Positions 39,778 to 51,771 of a stretch of 64,000 bases of DNA are shown one piece after another (position 1 is the stretch's first letter; each line of letters opens with the position of its first letter). The position numbers were made by a program, and so were the translations under genes. The DNA lies in contig NC_043014.1 of assembly GCF_006345805.1 (NCBI RefSeq), positions 49,600,001 through 49,664,000 on the forward strand, read 5' to 3'. The notes below the pieces were generated by a model, which was not told where the DNA came from, did not search any database, and was given only the letters and a program-made list of their open reading frames with translations. The DNA comes from Octopus sinensis (lineage: Eukaryota).

Positions 39778-40392
39778 TCATCATCATCATCATCATTTAA
39801 TGTCCGTTTTCCATGCTAGCATGGGTTGGACGGTTTGAGGTCTGGGAACCAGCGGCTGCACCAGGCTCCAATCTGATCTGGCAGTGTTTCTACAGCTGGA
39901 TGCCCTTCCTAACGCCAACCACTCCAAGATTGTAGTGGGTGCTTTTTACGTACCACCGGCACATGAGCCAGTCAGGTGGGCCTGGTATCGATCACGTTCA
40001 GATAATGCTTTTTACATGTCACCAGCACAGGAGCCAGTCAAAGGGATCACTGGCATTGATCACATTCAACATTCAAACGGTGCTTTTTGCATGCTCCTGA
40101 CATGAGAGCCAGTCAGGCGGACCTGGCATCAACCACGTTCTGATGGTGCTTTTTACGTGCCACCAGCATGGGAGCCAATCAGGGGGCACTGGCCACAGCT
40201 ACGATTTTGGTTTTATTTGACTCAACAGGTCTTCTCAAGCATATCATATCGCCTGACGCATCAAGGGTACTCTTAAATGGGCCAGACATGCAACACTGGC
40301 ATTGGCCATGACTGTGATCTCACTTTACTTGCTGGGTCTTCTCAATCACAGCATATCTCCAAAGGTCTCCGTCTCCTGTCATTGCCTCTGTG
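39778..40392 (-). mobile_element. RTE 3' end: ORF C-terminus (TEAMTGDGDLWRYAV) contiguous with family C UTR and (GAT)n tail
   Basis: 40325-40392 matches the RTE fragment at 41390-41470. Confidence 0.75.
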
Positions 40393-40393
40393 T

Positions 40394-40726
40394 TAAGTTA
40401 AGTTAATTTTGGCTCAAAAAGCAAAAAGCAAGGCCATGTAGGGGGACATGGAGTTATGTACAGGGTGGTGTTCATGCAAAAAGTTCAGGCCTTTGTGGTC
40501 AAGGGAGACTTTGAACCGAGCAGTCGTCGGCATCTTCACTATTTCGTCACGCAGCTTATTTCACGGATCTGTAACCCGGAGGGAGAAAGCCCCTCTCCTT
40601 CGATTGAGATGAAATCGTCACAGATAGAGCTTTTCGGAGTGACCCTGCAGCCGATGCTCTGGAGCAGGAGTGAAGAACAGCTCTTTCGAGAGGTTACACT
40701 TTCCGCTTATGAGGTTGTGAGCAAGA
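40394..40726 (-). mobile_element. CR1-clade LINE 3' fragment with (TTAAC)n tail
   Basis: LQGHSEKLYL.RFHLNRRRGAFSLRVTDP.NKL...FKVSLD motif string. Confidence 0.8.
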
Positions 40727-40869
40727 ATGAGGCATTCATAGGTTACAAAACATTCTCACAAGTTGTGATGCAACAATTACAGCTTCCATGTAGATGATGG
40801 TGGTGGCTATGGTGGTCGTGATAACTATGACAACCACAACTCATAATAAATATTGCAATGTGTTTACAT

Positions 40870-41090
40870 AAAAAAATTGTTACTAACAAGGAAGTAGAAA
40901 AGATCTTGACGTGCCCTGTGGGTGTGCCTCACTGACAAAGTGGAAGTTGTACCTGTTTTGATTGGAGCTTTAGGTTCAATTGTGCAAATAACTATTGTTG
41001 CACCTGAAATGCTCAGGCATGAAGACAAGAGCTGTGAGTGTCCCCCAAAAGGCATGGGTTCTTTTTGAGGCAGCTCGTATTCTTGGATAA
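40870..41090 (+). pseudogene. Possible RLE-type non-LTR retroelement endonuclease remnant
   Basis: KVEVVPVLIGALGSI motif. Confidence 0.45.
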
Positions 41091-41106
41091 GGACTTTTCT
41101 GTTTAA

Positions 41107-41325
41107 CCCTTTAGTAATTTAAACCGGCCATATCCGGCCAAAATATTTAATCTGTTTTTGTTCAAACTGACCAGATCCAGGCCCTCACACCTACCCTACA
41201 ATGTTATTCTACATTAAGTAATTACACCATCAAGATCTTGAAGATATGAGATAATGCATGATTAATTCAAATCAATGGGAATCAATAGGCATTATGTTTG
41301 ATTGAATAATCTGAACACTAAAGGG
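41107..41325. mobile_element. piggyBac-like TTAA MITE, single-unit form of 7066-7935, opposite orientation
   Basis: ttaa|ccctttag ... ctaaaggg|tcaa. Confidence 0.75.
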
Positions 41326-41384
41326 TCAAAGACCTTTTGTTAAAGACTGACGGTGAACATGAAGAAGAAAAGAAACAACTAAGC

Positions 41385-41870
41385 CACGGCTGTGATCTTA
41401 CTTTAGTGGCCAGGTCTTCTCAAGCACAGCATATCTCCAAAGGTCTCAGTCTCCTGTCATTGCCTCTGTGAGGCCCAGTTTTTGAAGGTCATGCTTCACC
41501 ACCTCATCCCATACCTTCTTGGGTCTACCTCTACCACAGTTTCCTTCCACAGTTAGGGTGTGGCACTCCCTTACACAGCTGTCCTCATCCATAAGTAACC
41601 CATGACCACACCGGCTCAGTCATCTCTCTTGCGCACCACATTTGATGCTTCATATCTCCAGCTTTTCTCTCACGGCACTCACACTCTGTCATGTATATAC
41701 ACACTGACATTACACATACAGCAGATCTTACTAGGCTCATTTCTTTCAAGCCTACGCATGTCCTCAGCAGTCATGGCCCATGTTTCACTGCTGTGTAGCA
41801 TGCATCATACAGTCTACCGTTCATCCTGAGCAAGAGACCCTTAGTTGCCAGCTGAGGTAGGAACTCCTTG
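41385..41870 (-). pseudogene. RTE LINE C-terminal fragment
   Basis: RGRPKKVWDEVVKHDLQKLGLTEAMT.DLWRYAV. Confidence 0.8.
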
Positions 41871-41950
41871 TAAAATGTTTGTTCCTATCCACAAACCCCA
41901 ACACCCCATGTTCCTTGATCACTTCAACACTGCCATCATGGCTGCACTAA

Positions 41951-42016
<66 letters not shown>

Positions 42017-42065
42017 TTGTGCTTTTTCTTTTTTCTTTCTTTATTCTTTTTTTCCCATCATGTAT

Positions 42066-42482
42066 ACTCTCTTTACTCTTTTACTTGTTTCAGTCATTTG
42101 ACAGCGGCCATGCTGGAGCACCGCCTTTTAGTCGAGCAAATCGACCCGGGACTTATTCTTTGTAAGCCCAGTACTTATTTTATCGGTCTCTTTTGCCGAA
42201 CCGCTAAGTGACGTAGACATAAACTACACCAGCATCGGTTGTCAAGCAATACTAGGGGGACAAACACAGACATACAAACACACATGCACATATATATATA
42301 TATATATACATATATACGACAGGCTTCCTTCAGTTTCCGTCTACCAAATCCACTCACAAGGCTTTGGTCGGCCCGAGGCTATAGTAGAAGACACTTGCCC
42401 AAGGTGCCACGCAGTGGGACTGAACCCGGAACCTTGTGGTTGGTAAGCAAGCTACTTACCACACAGCCACTCCTGTGCCTAT
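42066..42482 (-). mobile_element. SINE family A
   Basis: Similarity to other copies. Confidence 0.9.
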
Positions 42483-43054
42483 GTATCTTGACTTTATAAA
42501 TGAACAATCTGATGTGTTTATTTTAATGGCCTACCAATGTATATATACAGCGAGTTTCTTTGTCCTAGGTGTCAGGAAGACACTCGGCAAGAAATGGAAA
42601 CAAAATTGAAAGATGAAGGAAAATAATAATGATGATGATGCTGATGATGATAATGATGATTCCAAAGTTTGGTACAAGACCAGCAATTTTTGGGAAATGG
42701 AGAAGTTGATTACATCGACCCTCAGTATTCAACTGGTACTTATTTTATCAACCCTGGAAAGATAAAAAGCAAATTTAACCGTAGCAGAATTTGAACTCAG
42801 GACAAGAAGGTCGGTAAAATGCCACTAAGCATTTTGTCCAGTGCACTAATGATACATCCAGCTTGCCTTATACTTACTATACATATTAGGTGGACACATG
42901 GACGATGCAGTCTTTCTGATCCAGACAGCAGCACGTCACCACACCACTAGTACTACCGCCATCACTACAACTGCCCAGCAGGAGCAACACTACGACCGAT
43001 GACCACCACCACCACCACCACTACCACCATATCACAATCACCACAACTATCATA

Positions 43055-43284
43055 CCTATTTCTTTACTACCCACAAGGGGCTAAACACAGAAGGGACAAA
43101 CAAAGACAGACAAACGGATTAAGTCGATTATATCGACCCCAGTGCGTAACTGGTACTTAGTTAATCGACCCCGAAAGGATGAAAGGCAAAGTTGACCTTG
43201 GCGGAATTTGAACTCAGAACCTAACGGCAGACAAAATACCGCTAAGCATTTCGCCCGGCGTGCTAACGATTCTGCCAACTCGCC
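43055..43284 (-). mobile_element. SINE family B within an (ACC/CAC)-rich tract
   Basis: Similarity to other copies. Confidence 0.85.
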
Positions 43285-44019
43285 ATCATACAACTATCAC
43301 CACCACCACCACAACCACAAACAGCATCAGCAGCATTGTCATTGCTTCCACTTCAACCACATACACCGCAATCAACGTTACCATTGACGGTTACCTTGAC
43401 AGTCACTTTCACCACCACAACCAGTATAACCACTACAACACCACCATCACACAACTAACACTATCAGCAACACCACTATTACCACCATCACCTCAGCATC
43501 ACACATCACACCGCTCCTGTCGCCATTATAACCACCAATACTATTTTATCCTCCTCCCATACTTATTTCCACCATCATCATCATCAACACTGTCTCTGTT
43601 TTCACCACAACCACCGTCAAAACTATGATCACTGCAATCAGTTTCTTTACACTGTTGAAAATCCATTATCTGATACTCATGGGACCGAGATTGTTACAGA
43701 TTTTTGATTTTTCTAATTTCGGAGTTCTTTATAAAAAAAAAATTTTTAATTGCATCTACAAAACGGAACAGTTTGAGGATAGAAACCAGGTCTAAACACA
43801 ATAGCTTATAGACATACTCTGAATGTAGTTCTATATAAATCTTTAATAATTTTTTTTATACTGAGGACCATCAGAAATGTTAAGATATCAGCCTCTACCC
43901 ACGTTGTTATGCTTTGATTAAAAGGTTACATCATAGATTAGATTACTTAGATAAGTTTCAGCCGAAGTTGACTCAGGCCATGTCTAATTTAATAGCACCA
44001 ACTGGAAGAGATACACAGT

Positions 44020-44410
44020 CAGCTCTGGGGAACCGTAGAGGGTTATTGTTTTCAGAGACATATCTGGGTGTGTGTGGTTTATCTGGTATTTGTTGGGGGT
44101 AATCATCTAGGGATCGTTTGAATGCCGTGAAGTCCCTTTCCTCCTTTATGTGTGTCTAGCACGATGTTGAAGAGAGCTGGGCCAATTGAGGTGAAATAGT
44201 TTTGTGATATGACACGAACATTTCTGTAGTAGACGGATGGCACGGGGGCCAAGCCCTGGACGAATTTTAAAGATGGGCAATGTTGATGGAATATTTTTCA
44301 CATCATACTGAAGATATGGAGCTCACAGCAGCGGTGGAGTGAGAGCAAAGCCTGAACTTTTTGAGTCGATCCCAATTGTCAAGGTTTGTCATGTCAAACC
44401 TCCGCCAAGC
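44020..44410 (-). pseudogene. CR1/L2-type LINE C-terminal remnant
   Basis: YFTSIGPALFNIV...FKRSLDDYPQQIPDKPHTPRYVSENNNPL. Confidence 0.65.
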
Positions 44411-44559
44411 AGTTCATTTTAAGATAGATACGCAAGTAAAATTACTAATAGAGAAACGAAAATAAACTTTGGAATCAGCAACGCCACCATAGGTTACGTG
44501 GAAACGATGAACATGTTTTCAAGGAAGATAATCCAAGAACGTAACATTGTAATACTTCA

Positions 44560-44793
44560 TGTAAAGTAGATATAACAAATGAAAAATCCTTCAAGAATCC
44601 ATAAAAGTTCACGGATCACTACCAAGATAATTTCATCATCTGTTTCTTGTGTGATTACCAACTTTTCCTGCAAGGTTCATTAAATACCGTTTACAACTTT
44701 TTGAGTTATTTTGCGCACAGACAGACAGACCACACAGACAGACAGACAACCAACACCAATGAAAACATAACTTCCTTCTTTGGGAGAAGTAAT
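44560..44793 (-). mobile_element. Non-autonomous DNA element (Helentron/HINE-like, (GACA)n inside)
   Basis: End attacttctcccaaagaaggaagttatgttttc (minus) with short hairpin plus (TGTC)n; family assignment from memory. Confidence 0.45.
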
Positions 44794-45494
44794 AGTTTCT
44801 TTAGTTTGTATACAAATTAGATTTTGGATATTAAATACCAAATATAGTTGGACAAAGAAGTGGTCGATTTTATTGTTGAAATTTTAAAGGTATATTTATG
44901 TTGGTTATATATTAATTTGAAAGGGTTTCCTGTTTGACTTATAAAGCAGTGAAGGTTGAATTATTGTTTGTTGACTTCAGAATCATGCTCTATTTAACTA
45001 ACTATTGCACACACAAACACACACACACAACTGTGCATTTGTTATGAGTGTGTGTCATGGGTGTAGTCAGGGTTTCAGCCGAGGCTGAACTTAATTATTA
45101 AAATATATCCACCATTGGCTGTGCAAGTTACAAAAAAACATGCAATTAAATAAATGCTGGTGAATTATATTTGCATAGAGCTCTATATGGTGGGTTGTCC
45201 TAACTTGTCAAAGCCTCTTGCTATAGGTGTGTATATGTCTGTATATATATGCTTGTATGTTTGTATGAATTCATATATGTAAGTATGTATGTATAGAAGT
45301 AAGCAGGTAAATATGTGTGTGTGAGTGTAAATGTATGCATGTGTGTGCAAATAAGTGTGCATGCGTGTGTGTGTGTGTGTGTATGTGTGATTTATAATTC
45401 ATTCTGAAATGGTAATTTAGTGTATAGAATCCAGTGTAGACAAATGGCTACTGTTTCCATGTTAGACAGATACAATGTCTTATGTACCATTTCA

Positions 45495-45619
45495 GTGTGT
45501 GTATATGTGTATATATGTATATATATATGTATATATATATGTATATATATATGTATATATATATGTATATATATATGTATATATATATGTATATATATAT
45601 GTATATATATATGTATATA

Positions 45620-45684
<65 letters not shown>

Positions 45685-45721
45685 CATATATATACATATA
45701 TATATATACATATATATACAC

Positions 45722-45758
<37 letters not shown>

Positions 45759-45940
45759 ATATATATATATATATATACATACATACATATACATACATAC
45801 ATACATACATATACATACATATATACATATAGATATATATATATACATACATACATATATATATATATACATATACATACATACATATATATACACACAC
45901 ACACAAACACACACACACAAACACACATATATATATATAA
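45495..45940. repeat. (TATATATATATG)n/(TA)n microsatellite
   Basis: Seen directly. Confidence 0.95.
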
Positions 45941-46327
45941 CAACTGGAATAGGAATATGAATGATAAACCAGAGCTCATTGTAAGCTCTCTGACTGGTGC
46001 ACACCTATCACAAAAAGCAGTGATTCGGGCTTGGGTTTAACTTCACCATTGTTCTGAGAATCCAGGAATCAATGGTGGAGGATATATTAATTAACCAAAT
46101 AGAAATGAGACAAGAACTGTTTATTTCATTTGTTGACAATTGTTTCATAATGTGCCCAAAATATTGTCCAAAATGCATATGAATAAATATAAACACACAC
46201 ACCAATGCCTTGTGGGTGGATTTGGTAGACGGAAACTGAAAGAAGCCTGTTATATATATGTGTGTGTGTATATATATATATATTATATATATATATATAT
46301 ATATAATATATATATATATAATATATA

Positions 46328-46365
<38 letters not shown>

Positions 46366-46832
46366 TATATATATACACATATATATATGTGTGTGTGTCT
46401 GTGTTTGTCCCCCTAGCATTGCTTGACAACCGATGCTGGTGTGTTTACGTCCCGTCACTTAGTGGTTCGGCAAAAGAGACCGATAGAATAGGTACTGGGC
46501 TTACAAAGAATACGTCCCGAGGTCAATTTGCTCGACTAAAGGCGGTGCTCCAGCATGGCCGCAGTCAAATGACTGAAACAAGTAAAAGTAAAAGATTGAA
46601 GAAAAGATTATATATATATTAATAAGAGATAATGGTGTCATTGAGACCCAAAGGTGTCAGGTAATGCTGAATAAGTGCTATAGACAGGCCATAGTTAAGT
46701 TCCAGATTCGGTAAAATTGTGAATAAAGGGTTCAATGTTGGTTCTATGTTAGCGTGTGTATAGAAGAATTTTTTGCGTAATGAGATAAAAAAACCAAGGC
46801 TGTATAGATATTAGAGCATTTATAGATAGAAA

Positions 46833-46884
46833 GTCTTACAGCTGTTTCAAGAATATTAAATAATAATATCCCTTCATCGGAGAC
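46833..46884 (-). ncRNA. Type I hammerhead ribozyme fold (CCGAUGA core variant)
   Basis: Minus: gtct-CCGATGA-AGGGATATTA/ttatt/TAATATTCTT-GAA-ACAGCTGT-A-agac; stems I and II pair, stem III is palindromic, GUA cleavage triplet. Confidence 0.75.
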
Positions 46885-47344
46885 GGTGTGAGAGGAAAAT
46901 TAAGCCATAGTTAGTTCTTTCCTCCACCTCACTCTCTATTTTGTATCACATCGAAACTAACCATGACTTAATTTTTCGACACATTTTTACAATCATAGTA
47001 CATTGGTGAGATGTTGTATAATCCTTATCATCCATCCAAGGTATAAAATGTGCCTCCTCAGATGATTGTTTAAGTGAATCCTTCATTAGATCCTACTGTT
47101 ATTTCACTCAGTGTGAGAATGAGTACCCTAAACTGTGTTACTTTCATTAGTTTACAGACAAAATTAAATCTAGAGATATAGTGACACACAAAATATAATT
47201 ATAATCAAAATACAAAATAAAGAAATGGACAAAAAATGGGTTGGGGTCAGGTTGAATATAAATTACCATTCTATCTTCATAGTCAGATTATAAGGAAGAA
47301 AGTGCAAAACAGAATGAAGAACAGAATTAAACATTTAGAGATAA

Positions 47345-47739
47345 TCTATATATATAAAGCTGAAGATGTCTGTGTGTGTGTGGCAGGTTTGGTTGCCTTC
47401 AACTAACACTATCTCCTCCGAGACCCTGTGGTGCAAGTTGACCAAAATTGACAGTACGATAGAAGAAGGCTTGCTCTTCATTCCGTAGAAAATAAAATTC
47501 AAATTGGACCATGTTAAGACCTAAAATTATTTACATCAAAAAGGTGCTTTTTTTCTATGAAAATCCCTATTTTTTACGATTTTTTTACTGCTGTATCGCC
47601 ATTTTTTGGTTTTATTTCAACCAGAAAAATGTTCACTTAAAGAGAATAACAAGCTACATAATTCAAAATTTTTACTTTTCAAAAATTCCAATTCTAAAGG
47701 GTCAAAACAAACCCGAGCAATGCCGGGCGATACTGCTAG
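47345..47739 (+). mobile_element. Non-autonomous Helitron
   Basis: A|TC 5' end, subterminal hairpin cccgagcaatgccggg, CTAG|T 3' end, no TSD. Confidence 0.85.
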
Positions 47740-47936
47740 TAAAGTGATAAAGTGATGGAAGACTGACCATTTCTGTACTTATATCAGCTGTCTGTTTCTT
47801 TGAAGGATCTGAGCTGTTGAAACACAGCCAGATCAGACTGGAGCCTAGTGCAGCCTCCTGGCTTCCCAGACCTGGTCAAACCGTCCATCCCATGCTAGCA
47901 TGGAAAACGGACATTAAACAATGATGATGATGATAT

Positions 47937-47971
<35 letters not shown>

Positions 47972-48437
47972 CTTATTACATACATTCTTACTATTATATA
48001 GTCAAGAAGAAGTTTAATAAAGTAAAATGAAATGTATATGCATGTATCTATTTATATATGTACACATATATACTTCTTACATATACACCTACTATATTTA
48101 GAAACAGAAATAAAAGAAAGTAAAATAAAAAATACCTGCATATATCTATTTATATACGTACACCTGTACATTTCTTACATTTTTACTGTTTTTTTAAAAA
48201 AACAGAAACAGATAATACAATATGATAAAGTTAAATAAAATAGAATCCAATATTCAGACATATGAGTAATATAGGATATGCCCACGTATATCTATTTATA
48301 CACGCACACCTATATATATATATACTCCTGACATACATTCTTATTATTTTTACTATACATATTAATATTAGTATAGGCTAGGTCCATCATACAAGGTAGT
48401 GTATATAGTTTGATATATATATATATATATATATATA

Positions 48438-48608
48438 CTTTATTTAAAGCAGCAGAAAATTCAACAAAACCTGTTACTCTGAGTTTCCCGTTGCCGTTCA
48501 TCGGACAGTTTTTGCTAGAAATTGTTTCTAGCAAAAACTGTCCGATGAACGGCAACGGGAAACTCAGAGTAACAGGTTTTGTTGAATTTTCTGCTGCTTT
48601 AAATAAAG
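48438..48608. repeat. Perfect palindrome: 84-bp arms, 3-nt loop (ttg)
   Basis: 48438-48521 is the reverse complement of 48525-48608. Confidence 0.95.
48534..48580 (+). ncRNA. Type I hammerhead ribozyme fold (CCGAUGA core); mirror copy on minus at 48466-48512
   Basis: ctgt-CCGATGA-ACG/GCAA/CGG-GAA-ACTCAGAGT-A-acag; the sibling at 32895 has CGT, restoring stem II. Confidence 0.65.
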
Positions 48609-48879
48609 CATATTACTCTACCACTGGTATTTGAGTACTCTTTTTTCACCTTGTTTCACATTTCTGTGTTTACACTCCGGTATATATATATATATATATT
48701 CTTATATATATATAAGTACGCATATATCTTACTTCTTACATACTTTAACTATATTTAAAAACAGAGATATATAAATTCAATATAATAAAGAAAAATTAAG
48801 TAAAATAAGCAGTTTGCATCTATAGAGTTTCAAATAAAAAATTTTTTGTTACAAAATTGTGAAAATGAGTATTTTAATC

Positions 48880-49276
48880 CGTAGTTGCATCTAATAACTC
48901 TTTTGGAGTACCTGTTCATAAGTTTATCTGTACACATCAAAACACAAAGTGCCTCCTTAGAATAGAGATTGCAAGATCTTGAAAATTTATTGTATGGATG
49001 TGTTTTGTATTACCGTCCATGCGATGTTGTATTGCACTTTTCTTTCCTCAGGTTTCTAGATCAGGTTAGTGAGTGATGTGCAGTGCTTTTGTTAATGTTT
49101 ATAAATGATACAATGTAGTTCCAATACCAATGTCTGGAGCAATCAGCAGTTGTACCAACATATACAAACGCATCTACTAGTGTTCTAACTGTACATATAG
49201 ATATTATGTTCTTACAAAGGCATTCATTTCCCAGGGGACATACATTCCTGTCCTTACAATTACAATTCTTTATCAC
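48880..49276 (-). pseudogene. Penelope-like element GIY-YIG endonuclease remnant
   Basis: CNCKDRNVCPLGNECLCKNII...YVGTT...SF...PYNKFSRSCNL..KE...LMNR pattern typical of PLE GIY-YIG domains. Confidence 0.75.
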
Positions 49277-50029
49277 ACTATTTTCTATTCAGTAGAAACC
49301 ATTGTCTCCTGTTTCTAATTTTTCCTTTATTGTTTCTCTGCTGATATTCCCTTCATTGATATCTTTGTTGCTGTTTTTAGTACAACTATTATAGAAATTT
49401 TTCGGCATTTCCACTATTATTCATATTAATTGCGCTGTCATCTATATTATCATTTTCATCAAAATGAATGGTCTTGATTGGATGGTCTTGATTACGTTCT
49501 TCCTTACTGTAATCCATATATGAAGCATTATTTCTATCTTTACCCCCACTAAGGGTGTTAGTGATCTCCTGGTTTAGCTTATTATTATTATGTTTATGAA
49601 TGCGGTATTCTGACCTATTAGATGTTGTGTACAATAATTTCATCATTGCCCCACCCAAAACTTAGTGCAAGATCATTGGTAATATTCTGACCTGTTATAT
49701 GCCTTAACCTGTAATATGCTACTTGAATATAGTATAACATAGGAGCTCCAGGAAAGATTTGAGCATTTCTTTATCATGTATTATTATATACGCTCTACAT
49801 TAGATTTATGGCCGTTTGCCAGACTCATCTGGCACCTGTGCTGGTGGCACGTAAAAATCACCCACTACACTCATGGAGTGGTTGGCGTTAGGAAGGGCAT
49901 CCAGCCGTAGAAACATTGCCAGATTAGACTGGGCCTGGTGCAGCCTTCTGGCTTCCCAGACCCCAGTTGAACTGTCCAACCCATGCTAGCATGGAAAGCG
50001 GACGCTAAACGATGATGATGATGATGATG

Positions 50030-50640
50030 AAGGCACATGGCTCAGTAGTTAGAGTGTTGGGCTCACAGTCATGAGGTAATGAGTTCAATTCCTGGACTGG
50101 GCTGTGTTATATTCTTGAGCAAGACACTTTGTTTTATGTTGCTCCAGTTCACTCAGCTGAAGAAAAGAGTTGCAATGTCACTGGTTCCTTCCTTCTCAAG
50201 CCATTCTTGGCTCAGAAGGGCCAGTTTCCCGGTTTCCTTGGCGTATAGGTTCCCCACCTGGACGGGCCGCCGGTCCATCACAGGTGAGCTGCAAGATGCA
50301 GGAGGAAAGAGTGAGAGAAAGTTGTGGCGAAAGAGTCAGCAGAAGTTTGCCATTACCTTCTGCCGGAGCCACGTGGAGCTTAGGTGTTTCACTCATAAAC
50401 ACACACATCGCCCATTCTGAGATTCGAACCGGCAATCCCTCGACCGCGAGTCCGTTGCTCTAACCACTAGGCCATGTGCCTCCACTGGTGCCAAGCTGTA
50501 TTGACCTTTGCCTTTCCCATGGATAACATCAGTGGTATGGAGAGGGAAGGCTAGTCTCCCATAAACAACCTTTCCCAGACTTCTGTTTCAGAGGAGAACT
50601 CTCTAGGTGCACTCCGATGGTCATCCCTGACCGAAGAGGT
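50030..50640 (+). mobile_element. Family D SINE interrupted by an antisense D2 SINE (50190-50482)
   Basis: TSD cactggt at 50179-50185 and 50483-50489. Confidence 0.75.
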
Positions 50641-50864
50641 TCTTCACCCTTTTTAGGTTTATATATCAGTTTGGTTCATGCACATGTCACTTATGTAACT
50701 TCGCAAACATTTAATATATGTGTTTGTGTGTGTGCACGCATCTCTCTATCTATCTATTTATCTCTCTCTCTCTCTCTGTATATATATATATATATGACCG
50801 CGTATGTACCGTTGGCGACTTTTTTTCCTCCGTCTTCCCTTCTCTGGATCTTTCCTTTTCCTAT

Positions 50865-50900
50865 GTTTCTGACGAAGAGCTCCGCTCGAAACATTACAAC
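50865..50900 (+). ncRNA. Minimal type I hammerhead motif inside a ~200-bp (TA)n-flanked element (50796-50993)
   Basis: gttt-CTGACGA-a-GAGC/tcc/GCTC-GAAAC; the sibling at 60593-60627 keeps ACGT-T-aaac, completing stems III and I. Confidence 0.6.
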
Positions 50901-51398
50901 CTCCTTCTTTCCTGAGCGTCCAATAATACTATACTTGTTCCACATCCTCGCGTTGTTGTGTTTTCTCTTTGTGTTTTCATGTTTGGATTAACTATATATA
51001 TATGTGTGTGTGTGTGTGTGCTTGAGGAGACCTATTGAGTCAAGTACATCAACATCAAAATAAATATCAAATGGAAATTGTAGTTGTGATACCTGTGCCA
51101 GTGGCACATAAAAATCACCATCTGAACATGGCCGATTGGCAGCGCCACCTTGGCCACGTAAAAAAGCACCAACCGATCGTGGCCACTGCCAGCCTCCCCT
51201 GGCACCTGTGCCGGTGGCACGTAAAAAGCACCCACTACACTGACAGAGTGGTTGGCGTTAGGAAGGGCATCCAGCTGTAGAAACACTGCCAGATCAGACT
51301 GGAGCTGGTGCAGCCTCCTGGCTTCCCAGACCCTGGTTGAACCGTCCAACCCATGCTAGGCCGGAAACGGATGTGAAACGATGATGTGATGATGATGA

Positions 51399-51456
<58 letters not shown>

Positions 51457-51685
51457 AATTGATAGATAGATAGATCAATAGATAGATAGATGGGGAGACA
51501 GGTATCTGAACATGGCTCAATTGATGTATGTGTCGATGTATGCGTTCACTGATATATATATGTAGATTCTAAGCTGAAGTGAAGACAGCATGTTCTTTGT
51601 CTATCTCCTTACCTTCTTGGAGATTTTAGATAAAATTATACTAATGTGTCCATCTGTTCTAATTCAATTAAATTCTATGTCTTTA

Positions 51686-51771
51686 TGCAGCTGAAGATTG
51701 CTCTGCATTTAAAATGATGTAATGATTGCATAGTTCAATTAAATGGAGTTGCTTGAAACGATTGTACTGCA
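51686..51771 (+). ncRNA. Type I hammerhead fold with long stem II
   Basis: tgcag-CTGAAGA-(ctc..cattta...taaatggag)-GAA-ACGATTGT-A-ctgca; 5-bp stem I, near-palindromic stem III, GUA triplet; base of stem II imperfect. Confidence 0.6.

Noticed and set aside
40456-40797. 113-aa plus ORF
   Set aside because: Antisense frame of the CR1 LINE fragment
49389-49658. 89-aa Asn-rich minus ORF
   Set aside because: Lies directly upstream of the decayed Penelope GIY-YIG fragment; most likely element linker, not a host exon
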